A stretch of 64,000 bases of DNA from Candidatus Eiseniibacteriota bacterium (GTDB lineage Bacteria > Eisenbacteria > RBG-16-71-46). The position numbers and the translations under genes were made by a program. The stretch covers positions 1,696,001 through 1,760,000 of the forward strand of contig OY970178.1 in the NCBI GenBank assembly GCA_963707915.1. The letters are read 5' to 3'. The notes beneath the pieces were generated by a model, which was not told where the DNA came from, searched no databases, and saw only the letters and a program-made list of their open reading frames with translations. Shown one piece after another: positions 10,258 through 18,189 of the stretch (its first letter is position 1; each line of letters starts with the position of its first letter).

Positions 10258-11729
10258 CAGTTCTCCGACAGCCAGGCGCGCAGCACCTGGGCCATGGTCT
10301 CGGGCCGCTCAGCGGTCTCGGCCTGGAGGCGGTTGCGCAGCTGCGCCGCCGGCGAGTTGGCGGCCGGCGCGGGCAGCAACGGGCCCTCGAAGCCGGCGAC
10401 CACTTCGGTCACCGCCGGGGCGGCGCCCCGGGGAGCGCCCATCATGCGCACGGCCTGCAGCGCGATGATGGCCAGGATGACGATGGCGACGAGGTTCACG
10501 GCCGGACGCCCGTAACGCTCGACCATCTGCATCGGCTCGACCTTGGGCTTGTCCTGCGAGGAGGTGCCGCCCGGCGGGAGCGGGAGCGTCGCCTGCTCGA
10601 ACGGCACGGCCATGACGGTGACGCGGTCGCCGCGCGTGCTGTCGGCACCGACCGCGTCCCGGACCATCCCCTCGATGCTCTCGAGGCGCACGGTCGGCGT
10701 GGCGCGCAGGGCCTTCTCGTCCACCAGCACCGCGATCGTGAGGCGCGTCACGGTGCCGACCGCACCCTCGCGCTTCTCGGTGCGGCGGGAGTTCTGGTAG
10801 GCGTTGCTGACGACGGTCTGCGTGCCCGCGGCGTCGGCCCCGGCCCCGGTCTCGCTGCGCTGCTCGGTCTGGAGCACCTGCCCGTCCGGGTCGAAGGTCT
10901 CCACGGTCTCGTCCACCTGGTCGAAGCTGAGCTGGGCGGCGACCTGGGCGCGCGTCCGGCCCGCGCCGAGGACCGTGCCGAGCAGGCCCTCGATCTTCTC
11001 GGTGAGGCGTCCCTCGGTGGTCCGCTGGTACTCGAGCTGGCGCGACGTCAGCCCCGCGATCGAGCCGGCGGCGGACGGCACCGAGAGCACGCGCCCGGCG
11101 TCGTCCATCACGGCGACGTTGTCGCTCGAGAGCTGCTCGACGCTGTTGCTGACGATGTAGGTGATCCCCTGCACGGCGTCGGGCGAGAGCACCGCGCCGG
11201 CCTTGAGCTTGAGCACCACCGAGGCGCCCGCGGGCCGCTCGAGCCGCCGCAACGGGCTGCTGGTGGACATCACCAGGTGCACCTGCGCGCGCTCGATGCC
11301 CTGCAGGCCGCCGATGGTGCGCGCCAGCTCGCCCTCGAGGGCCCGCTGGAAGGTCACCCGCTGGGTGAAGTCGGTCATGCCCCACGACGGCTTGTCGAAG
11401 AGCTCGAGGCCCGGGCGGCCGTTCTGGGGCAGCCCGTCCTTGGCGAGCGTGACGCGCGCGCGCGCCGCGTCCGCGACCGGCACCAGCACTTCCGTGCCCC
11501 CGGCCTCCAGCCGGTACGGGATACCGCCCTTGCCCAGGCGTTCCACCATGGTCCCGGCCTCGTTGAGCTCGAGGTCGCGGTAGAGGGTCATGTAGGTCGG
11601 AGCCGAGATCCAGCGGCTCGCGTACCACACGCCGGCGACCAGCACGACGGCCGCGCCGAGCGCGAGGAAGCGCCGGTTGCCGCGGAGACCGCCGGCCGGG
11701 CGTGACGGGGTGGAGGACTTGTCGCTCAT
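10257..11729 (-). CDS. fliF: Flagellar M-ring protein FliF
   Basis: GLELFDKPSWGMTDF..RALEGELARTI..AQVHLV..ASVVL; two TM segments. Confidence 0.95.
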   Translation of the reverse strand: MSDKSSTPSRPAGGLRGNRRFLALGAAVVLVAGVWYASRWISAPTYMTLYRDLELNEAGTMVERLGKGGIPYRLEAGGTEVLVPVADAARARVTLAKDGLPQNGRPGLELFDKPSWGMTDFTQRVTFQRALEGELARTIGGLQGIERAQVHLVMSTSSPLRRLERPAGASVVLKLKAGAVLSPDAVQGITYIVSNSVEQLSSDNVAVMDDAGRVLSVPSAAGSIAGLTSRQLEYQRTTEGRLTEKIEGLLGTVLGAGRTRAQVAAQLSFDQVDETVETFDPDGQVLQTEQRSETGAGADAAGTQTVVSNAYQNSRRTEKREGAVGTVTRLTIAVLVDEKALRATPTVRLESIEGMVRDAVGADSTRGDRVTVMAVPFEQATLPLPPGGTSSQDKPKVEPMQMVERYGRPAVNLVAIVILAIIALQAVRMMGAPRGAAPAVTEVVAGFEGPLLPAPAANSPAAQLRNRLQAETAERPETMAQVLRAWLSEN

Positions 11730-11745
11730 CGGGGCCGTCCGTGGC

Positions 11746-12045
11746 TCATGACATGTTCATCACCGAGCGGTACGCCTCGGTGAGCTTGTTGCGGATCTCG
11801 ACCAGCAGCTCGAGGGAGATGGACGCCTCCTCGCTCGCTGCCATGACCTGGTGCAGCTCGACCGGCTCGCCGCGCAGGAACGCCCCGATCAGGTCCTGGG
11901 CCTCGCCCTGCAGCGAAGACGCGTCGTTGATCGCGCGCTTGAAGACGTCGCCGAAGGACGGCCCGCTCTCCTCGGTGGAGACGGCCTGGCGCGCCTTCTC
12001 GATCGCACTGCCGATAACCGACGAACGGGCTCCGATGGGGTCCAC
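11746..12045 (-). CDS. fliE: Flagellar hook-basal body protein FliE
   Basis: SFGDVF..LHQVMAASEEASISLELLVEIRNKLTEAYRSVMNM. Confidence 0.93.
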   Translation of the reverse strand: MDPIGARSSVIGSAIEKARQAVSTEESGPSFGDVFKRAINDASSLQGEAQDLIGAFLRGEPVELHQVMAASEEASISLELLVEIRNKLTEAYRSVMNMS

Positions 12046-12048
12046 GGC

Positions 12049-12309
12049 TCAGCCCTTCACGTCGACGCGCTGGCCGAGCGGGCCGGGCGCCGCGCCGGGG
12101 CGCGCGGTGCGCGGCCCGTAGGTGAGCGGACCGAGCGCGCTCTGCTGGGCGAAGAACTCGCGCTCCTCGGCCGTCAGCAGGTCGAGGAACGAGGACTCCT
12201 GCGCCACCGGGGCGGGCGCGCCCGTCCGCGGCGCCGGCACCGCCGGGCGGACCGGCAGGTGCACCGGCCCGATGCGATCGAAGGGGGAAGCGGGACCCTG
12301 GACGTTCAT
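12049..12309 (-). CDS. Small hypothetical protein embedded in the flagellar operon
   Basis: 86 aa, tightly packed between flgC and fliE, host-like codon usage, ends PLGQRVDVKG. Confidence 0.7.
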   Translation of the reverse strand: MNVQGPASPFDRIGPVHLPVRPAVPAPRTGAPAPVAQESSFLDLLTAEEREFFAQQSALGPLTYGPRTARPGAAPGPLGQRVDVKG

Positions 12310-12322
12310 GTCGGCCTCGTCG

Positions 12323-12742
12323 TCAGATGTCGATGGCGCGCCGCAGCATGCTCTTCGCGGCCTGGAATACGCTGACGTTCGCTTCGTGCACGCGGCGGGC
12401 CAGCATCAGGTCCACCATCTCCGCGTTCACGTCCACGTTGGGATACTCGACGAAGCCGTCGGCGTTGGCGTCGGGGTGTCCCGGGTCGTAGACCAGGCGG
12501 CCCGGCGTCGGATCGGTGACCGTCGCAGCCTCCGCGCCGTCGGGGCCCGCGCCGGCGACCGCGACCTGCCGGCGGTAGGCGCCGCCCTCGGGGACGCGCG
12601 TGGTCTCGGCGTTCGCGATGTTCGTGGCGATGGTCTCCAGGAAGCGCTGCTGGATCCCCATCCCGCGCGCACTCGTCTCCAGCGGTCCGAACAGGTGGCG
12701 GACGGGCCGCGGCCAGAGCGGGAAGGAAGGGATGCTAGCCAC
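12323..12742 (-). CDS. flgC: Flagellar basal-body rod protein FlgC
   Basis: NIANAETTR..YRRQ..YDPGHPDANADGFVEYPNVD..EMVDLM..ANV. Confidence 0.95.
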   Translation of the reverse strand: MASIPSFPLWPRPVRHLFGPLETSARGMGIQQRFLETIATNIANAETTRVPEGGAYRRQVAVAGAGPDGAEAATVTDPTPGRLVYDPGHPDANADGFVEYPNVDVNAEMVDLMLARRVHEANVSVFQAAKSMLRRAIDI

Positions 12743-13028
12743 GGAGTGCCGACCGGAGTTGCTGGTAGGCGGCCTTGAGCAGCTTCGCGTCGGCCTCGTA
12801 GCGCAACTGCGTGTCGGCCAGCGCGGTCATGTCGTTCTCGAGGTCCGCTTCGCTGACCCGATCCTTCCCGCTCTGCGCGGCGAGCGCGTCGGGGAAGTCC
12901 ACGCTCGAGCTGGCCTGGAGCGCCCCGGCCACGCGCTGCGCGATCGCGCGGTGCGTCGCGCTCGTCTCCTCGAGTCCGCCGCGCAGCATGCTGGTGAGGG
13001 TCGAAGGACCAAACAGGGCTTTGAGCAT
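12735..13028 (-). CDS. flgB: Short, divergent basal-body rod protein FlgB
   Basis: First gene upstream of flgC; C-terminal DLENDMTALADTQLRYE..LL matches FlgB; GAGGAGG RBS before the ATG at 13028. Confidence 0.75.
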   Translation of the reverse strand: MLKALFGPSTLTSMLRGGLEETSATHRAIAQRVAGALQASSSVDFPDALAAQSGKDRVSEADLENDMTALADTQLRYEADAKLLKAAYQQLRSALRG

Positions 13029-13066
13029 CGTTCCTCCTCTTCGATGGGAGCAGCGAGCCGGGAATG

Positions 13067-13082
13067 AGCAACCTGTGTGCCG
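13067..13082 (-). promoter_or_regulatory. sigma54 promoter of the flgB operon
   Basis: Minus strand CGGCACACAGGTTGCT is GG-N10-GC. Confidence 0.8.
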
Positions 13083-13214
13083 CGACTGCCGGGGGGCGGA
13101 CTGCCGGGCGTCGCGAAGGGGGCGAACCGGAGGACCCGGAGGGAGTTGCACCCGGCGCGGCGGCCGCGACGGAGGTCCCGCGGAAGCGGCGCGGCGCGGC
13201 CGCGCGGGGCCGTT

Positions 13215-13229
13215 CGGCAGAAACTGCCG
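13215..13229. promoter_or_regulatory. Putative upstream activating sequence CGGCA-N5-TGCCG
   Basis: Palindrome CGGCAGAAACTGCCG about 135 bp upstream of the sigma54 promoter; the motif recurs at other promoters in the window. Confidence 0.65.
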
Positions 13230-13321
13230 CAGGGGCCCGGATGGGCTTTCCGGTCGTCGCGACCGGCGTCAGCCCGGCGCGGCGCGGGGTCCCGTGCGCC
13301 GCGTTCCCGCCCCGACCTGGG

Positions 13322-14688
13322 CTACTCCTCCACCGCCCTGGCGCCGGGCCGGAGCTTGTTGCGCAGCGTGCGCTCGCTGATGCCGAGCAGTTCGGCCGCG
13401 CGCGTGCGGTGGCCGCCGGTCGCCGCGAGCGCGCGCTCGATGGCGATCTGCTCGAGCTCCTTCAGGTTGATCGGCGCCGCCGCGGCGTCCCGCGCCGGCG
13501 CGGGGGCCTCGGGTCGGAACCGACCCCCGGGACCTCCCTCAAGGCCGCGGGCAGGAGCTGGCCGCTGCGGCACAGGATGACCGCGCGCTCGATGACGTTG
13601 GCGAGCTCGCGGATGTTCCCCGGCCAGGACCGTCGCTGCAGCAGCTCAAGACTCTCGGGCGGGACCTCCGGCGGCCTGACCCCGAGCGCGGCCGCGGCGT
13701 TGCGGACGAAGTGCTCGGTGAGCAGCGGGACGTCCTCGAGCCGCTCGCGCAGCGGCGGCGTGCGGATGGGCATCACGCTGAGGCGGTAGTAGAGATCCCG
13801 GCGGAAGCGGTTCGCCCGGATCTCCGCGAGCAGGTCCCGGTTGGTGGTGGCCACGATGCGAACGTCCACCTTCAGGAGCTGATGCCCGCCGACGCGCTCG
13901 ATCTCCTGCTCCTGGATCGCGCGGAGCAGTTTCGGCTGCAGGTCCAGCCGCATCTCCGAGATCTCGTCCAGCAGCAACGTGCCCCGGTGGGCGCGCTCGA
14001 AGGCGCCGTGGGCGCGCGTGTTCGCACCGGTGAAGGCGCCGCGCTCGTGGCCGAACAGGGCGCTCTCCACCAGGCCCTCCGGCAGGGCCGCGCAGTTGAC
14101 GGTCACGAACGGCTGGTCGCGGCGCGGGCTCTGGTCGTGCAGGGCGCGGGCGAACAACTCCTTGCCGGTGCCCGACTCCCCTTCGAGCAGGACGGTGGCC
14201 CGGGTCGGCGCCACGGCGGCAATCGTTTCCATGACCGCCCGCAGGGCCTCGCTCTCCCCCACGATGGTCCGGGGGCCCCGCAGGGAGCTCAACTCGCGCC
14301 GGAACTCGTCGTTCTCCCGGCGTAAGCGGTTGACCTCGAGCGCGTTGGTCACCGCGATGCGCAGCGTCTCCTGGCGCAGGGGCTTGGTCAGGTAGTCCAC
14401 GGCGCCGTGCCGCATCGAAAGCACGGCATGCTCGATGCTTGAGTAGCCGGTCATGATGATGACCGGGACCTCGCTCCCCTGCTGGCGGAGAGCCTCCAGG
14501 AGGTCGAGACCCGTGGCATCGGGCATCCGGTAGTCGGAGAGGATGAGGTCGGCGGGCTGCTGGGCGAGCAGCTTCAATCCCTCGTTCACGCTGCTCGCCA
14601 GGACGGCCTGGTGGCCGAATTCGGCCAGCGAGTGCTCGAGGGTGACGCCGACGGAGGGCTCGTCGTCGATGCAAAGGATCGTGGACAT
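13322..14688 (-). CDS. sigma54-dependent response regulator (REC-AAA+-HTH; FlrC/FleR/NtrC family), apparent frameshift near 13527
   Basis: ILCIDDE..SDYRMP receiver; GESGTGKE, GAFTGA, LLLDEISEM, WPGNIREL; the Fis-type HTH (RTRAAELLGISERTLRNKL) is in the next frame. Confidence 0.92.
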
Positions 14689-14711
14689 GGTCCTCTCGGG
14701 TCTGGACGGGC

Positions 14712-14738
14712 TCAATCCGCACCGAATCTAACCGATAC
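14712..14738 (+). promoter_or_regulatory. sigma28-like promoter of flgL
   Basis: TCAA-N15-ACCGATAC versus consensus TAAA-N15-GCCGATAA. Confidence 0.65.
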
Positions 14739-14776
14739 TGGAAGCACTGTCACTATCTTCATCTCCAGGGGAACCC

Positions 14777-15643
14777 ATGCGAATCTCGACCCGGATGCTC
14801 CAGGAAAGCGCGCTCCGCTCCATCCGCGGGAACCAGGAGACGCTCGCCCGCCTGCAGGAACAGGCCGCGACCGGCCGCCGCATCCGCACGGTCTCGGACG
14901 ACCCGAGCGCCGCCACGAAGATCATGCGCTCGGAGGCCGAGGCCCGCGACTTCGACCAGCTCCGGCTCAACGGCGTCGAGGCCTCGACCCGCATGGGCAC
15001 CGAGGACGTGGTGCTGACCAGCGCCCGCAACCTGCTCAAGCAGGCGGCCGGCCTGGCCGTCGGCGTGGCCGGCCGGGACGCGGCGGATCCCCAGCGGCAG
15101 GCGATGGCCGCGGCCATCGGGCAGCTGCGCGAGGAGCTGGTGGCGTACGGGAACACCCGCGTCGGCAACGAGTACATCTTCGGCGGCGCATCCACCGCCA
15201 CCCCGCCGTTCCAGGCGGACGGCACCTACGTCGGCGACGACGTCGTGCGCCAGATCGAGATCGACCGCGGCGTCTTCATGCCGACGAACCACAGCGGGGA
15301 CGACGTCTTCTCGAGCGCCCTGCAGGGGCTCGCCGACCTCGAGCAGGAGCTGCGGACCGGGGACCAGGCGTCCATCAACGCGGCCATGAACGATCTCGCG
15401 TCGGCCGGGGACCAGTTGGTGCTGGCCCAGTCCGAGACCGGCACCCGCCTCCAGCAGGTCGCGGCCACGACCACCAGCCTGGCCGAGCGCACGGCGAACC
15501 TGCTCGACCAGCGCGACACGCTGCGCGACGTGGATCCGGCGGAGGCCTCGGTCAAGGTCATCATGGCCCAGACCGCACTCGAACGCGCCTACGCGGCGAT
15601 CGGCAAGGTCATGTCCACGAACCTGCTGGACTACCTGCGCTGA
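14777..15643 (+). CDS. flgL: Flagellar hook-associated protein 3 FlgL
   Basis: MRISTRML..QEQAATGRRI..SDDPSAA; GNEYIFGG..TPPF; C-terminal LRDVD..MSTNLLDYLR. Confidence 0.88.
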   Translation: MRISTRMLQESALRSIRGNQETLARLQEQAATGRRIRTVSDDPSAATKIMRSEAEARDFDQLRLNGVEASTRMGTEDVVLTSARNLLKQAAGLAVGVAGRDAADPQRQAMAAAIGQLREELVAYGNTRVGNEYIFGGASTATPPFQADGTYVGDDVVRQIEIDRGVFMPTNHSGDDVFSSALQGLADLEQELRTGDQASINAAMNDLASAGDQLVLAQSETGTRLQQVAATTTSLAERTANLLDQRDTLRDVDPAEASVKVIMAQTALERAYAAIGKVMSTNLLDYLR

Positions 15644-15746
15644 TCCGGAAGGGCCGCCCGCCGGGGCGGTTTTCCCCACGGCATTGCATCTCGCAACCCC
15701 GCCCCGCGCTTCGGGGTAGCCCGGCGCGGCCCCGGCTCCCGGGGCC

Positions 15747-15773
15747 TCAAGTTCCCGTCCGGCGCACCGAAAC
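15747..15773 (+). promoter_or_regulatory. sigma28-like promoter of the flagellin gene
   Basis: TCAAGTT...ACCGAAAC with the N15 spacing. Confidence 0.6.
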
Positions 15774-15851
15774 TTCGTGGTGTCGGCACTGGGCCGGCAC
15801 CGGGCAGAAGGCCCGTCGGACTCCTCAGACCCTAGAAAGGGGTATGGGAAC

Positions 15852-16664
15852 ATGGCTATCAATGACATCACCCTCGCCGGCGGAATGCGCGGGAACCTCG
15901 TCAACCTCCAGCTCATCTCGGCGCTGCAGTCGCGCACGACCGAGCGGCTCGCGACGGGCAAGCGCGTCAACACGGCAGTGGACGACCCGGCGGCCTACTT
16001 CGCCGCGGCTGCCCACCGCAGTCGTGCCGGTGACCTCGCCGCCCGCAAGGATGCGATGGGCGAGGCGATCCAGGCCGTCAAGGCCGCGTCCCAGGGCATC
16101 GACGCCATCACCAAGCTGATCGAGCAGGCCAAGGGTCTCACCGCGGCTGCCCGCAGCGCGAGCACGGCGGACGCTGCCACGCTGGCCACCCAGTTCGACG
16201 AGCTCATGACGCAGGTCGACCAGCTCGCGACGGATGCCGGCTACAAGGGCACCAACTTCCTCGACAGCGCCGACCTGGTGGTGGACTTCAACGAGGACGC
16301 CTCTTCGTCCTTGACGATCACCGGTTTCGACGCCAGCTCCAGCGGTCTCGGCATCGACGCCGCGGCGAACAGCTGGGCGGCTTCGACCGACGTCGACGCG
16401 GCGGTGGAAGACCTCGACGCGGCTCTCAGCACCCTGCGCACCAGCGGCAAGACGCTGGCTTCGAGCTCGGGCGTGGTCACGACTCGGCAGGAGTTCACGA
16501 CCAACCTCATCAACACGCTGACGACAGGGGCCGACGCACTGACGGCGGCGGACACGAACGAGGAAGGCGCGAACATGCTGGCCCTGCAGACCCGGCAGCA
16601 GCTCGGCGTCGTCGCGCTGCAGCTGTCGAACCAGGCGCAGCAGAGCATCCTCCGGCTGTTTTAG
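15852..16664 (+). CDS. fliC: Flagellin (short, 270 aa)
   Basis: ITLAGGMRGNLVNLQ..ERLATGKRVNTAVDDPAAYF; C-terminal ADTNEEGANMLALQTRQQL..AQQSILRLF. Confidence 0.93.
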   Translation: MAINDITLAGGMRGNLVNLQLISALQSRTTERLATGKRVNTAVDDPAAYFAAAAHRSRAGDLAARKDAMGEAIQAVKAASQGIDAITKLIEQAKGLTAAARSASTADAATLATQFDELMTQVDQLATDAGYKGTNFLDSADLVVDFNEDASSSLTITGFDASSSGLGIDAAANSWAASTDVDAAVEDLDAALSTLRTSGKTLASSSGVVTTRQEFTTNLINTLTTGADALTAADTNEEGANMLALQTRQQLGVVALQLSNQAQQSILRLF

Positions 16665-16689
16665 TCCGGATGAGATGAAGGTCCGGGAC

Positions 16690-16717
16690 GGGGCGGCGGG
16701 TGAAGACCCGCCGCCCC
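16690..16717 (+). terminator. Strong hairpin after the flagellin gene (terminator or mRNA stabiliser)
   Basis: GGGGCGGCGGGT-GAAG-ACCCGCCGCCCC, a perfect 12-bp stem with no U-tract. Confidence 0.55.
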
Positions 16718-16805
16718 CATCGGGCGCCCGCAGCGAATGAACCGTGGGGACCGGGGCTCGTTCTCCGTCCGCCCGTCCCGCCACCAGCAACCCTGAAGGA
16801 CTTCC

Positions 16806-17195
16806 ATGGCTCTCCGACTCACCCTCAGGCCCCACGAGCGTGTCATCGTCGGCGGCGCCGTCATCCGCAACAGCGAGTCGCGTTGCGAGCTGCTGATCGA
16901 GAACGAAGTCCCCGTGCTCCGGGAGCCCGACATCCTGAGTCCGAACGCCGTCCGCACGCCTTGCGAGCGGATCTACCTGGCGCTCCAGCTCATGTACGTG
17001 GACCAGGAGCGCTCGGCCCAGCACCAGGTGACCTACGAGGAACTGGTCTCCGAGGTGCTGCAGGCCGCCCCCAGCCTGGCCCCCTCGCTGCAGGCGATCG
17101 AGGAACAGGTCGGCGCGGGCCGCATCTACCAGGCGCTCAAGGGCGCCCACGGGCTGCTTCACCTCGAGCGCGAGCTGGTGCCCGATGTTCAATAG
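16806..17195 (+). CDS. flbT: Flagellin biosynthesis regulator FlbT
   Basis: MALRLTLRPHERVIVGGAVIRN..PVLREPDIL..TPCERIYLALQLMY..YQALK. Confidence 0.9.
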   Translation: MALRLTLRPHERVIVGGAVIRNSESRCELLIENEVPVLREPDILSPNAVRTPCERIYLALQLMYVDQERSAQHQVTYEELVSEVLQAAPSLAPSLQAIEEQVGAGRIYQALKGAHGLLHLERELVPDVQ

Positions 17196-17562
17196 CGCCC
17201 GGCAGGCGTACGAACAGGGCACCAAGACCGCCAGCTCGAGCCGCCAGCTGGAGGCTGCCGCCCTGTTCAAGTGCGCCCGCATGCTGGAGTCCTGCCAGCG
17301 GGACTGGAACGCGCCCAGCCGGGATGAGGCGCTGGACGCGGCCTTGCGTCACAACCTGCGTCTCTGGACGCTGTTCCAGGCTGAACTGGTCCAGCCGGAG
17401 CGGGTGATCCCGGCGGACATCCGGATCAACCTGTTGAGACTCAGCAGGTTCGTGGACAAGCGCACCTTCGAGCTGATGGCCGACCCCAACCCGCAGAAGC
17501 TGCAGGCGTTGATCGACATCAACCGCAACATCGGGTCCGGGCTCTCCGCCCCGGTCCCCTGA
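17185..17562 (+). CDS. flaF: Flagellin regulator/chaperone FlaF
   Basis: RQLEAAAL..ALRHNLRLWTLF..DIRINLLRLSRFV..LIDINRNIGSGL. Confidence 0.9.
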   Translation: MFNSARQAYEQGTKTASSSRQLEAAALFKCARMLESCQRDWNAPSRDEALDAALRHNLRLWTLFQAELVQPERVIPADIRINLLRLSRFVDKRTFELMADPNPQKLQALIDINRNIGSGLSAPVP

Positions 17563-17608
17563 CCGACGCGTTTCCGGCAGGGAAGCCGGCAACTATTGCC
17601 GACCCTTC

Positions 17609-17635
17609 TAAAGTCGCTCAAGAGGGGACCGATAA
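17609..17635 (+). promoter_or_regulatory. sigma28 promoter of flgM, immediately preceded by CGGCAACTATTGCCG (17587-17601)
   Basis: TAAAGT...ACCGATAA with TAAA-N15 spacing, near-perfect consensus. Confidence 0.8.
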
Positions 17636-17731
17636 TCCGGGTAAGGCCGAAGCGGCCGGACCACCTGCAGGGTACCCCGCCCTGCCTGGCGGACTTCCGG
17701 CCCGGCACCCCGGTCTGCAAGCGAGAAGGCC

Positions 17732-18070
17732 ATGACCATCCAACCGACGAAGCCTGGCTCGACGCCCCAACCGGGCGCCAACCGGCTCGACAGGAACGCA
17801 GCGCTCTCGCCCGTGCGCCCCGCGGACACCCCGGCTCCCGAGGGGACCGGCTCGACGCCAGACAAGATCCAGATCTCCGAAGCTGCGCGTGGACTCCAGG
17901 AACAACTGCAGAACCGGCTCGAACTCGTCGCCCAGCTTCCTCCCGGGCGTCTCCGCGAAGTGCTCGAGCGACTCAACAGCGGGTTCTACGACCGGCCGGA
18001 AGTCCGCAGGGCCGTGGTCGAGTCCATCGCAGAGGAACTGGGCCCGCCGAAGGCCCCCGGCATTCGCTGA
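17732..18070 (+). CDS. flgM: Anti-sigma28 factor FlgM-like protein
   Basis: 112 aa, disordered N-terminus, DKIQISEAAR and RLREVLERLNSGFY motifs, own sigma28 promoter. Confidence 0.7.
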   Translation: MTIQPTKPGSTPQPGANRLDRNAALSPVRPADTPAPEGTGSTPDKIQISEAARGLQEQLQNRLELVAQLPPGRLREVLERLNSGFYDRPEVRRAVVESIAEELGPPKAPGIR

Positions 18071-18189
18071 GCCGGACCGTCGCGGGCGAGCGCCAGGGAT
18101 GGCGCGGGCCTCCGGGGAACACGGGATGAAGCAGGCGGCCGCGCCCGCCCCCGGCAGGGGCGGACGCGGCCGCTTCGTCCGGGGAAGCC

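Noticed and set aside
17703..17719. sigma54 promoter for flgM (CGGCACCCCGGTCTGCA)
   Set aside because: GG-to-GC spacing is 11 rather than 10 and it leaves almost no leader; it would only work if the C-run contains an indel error.
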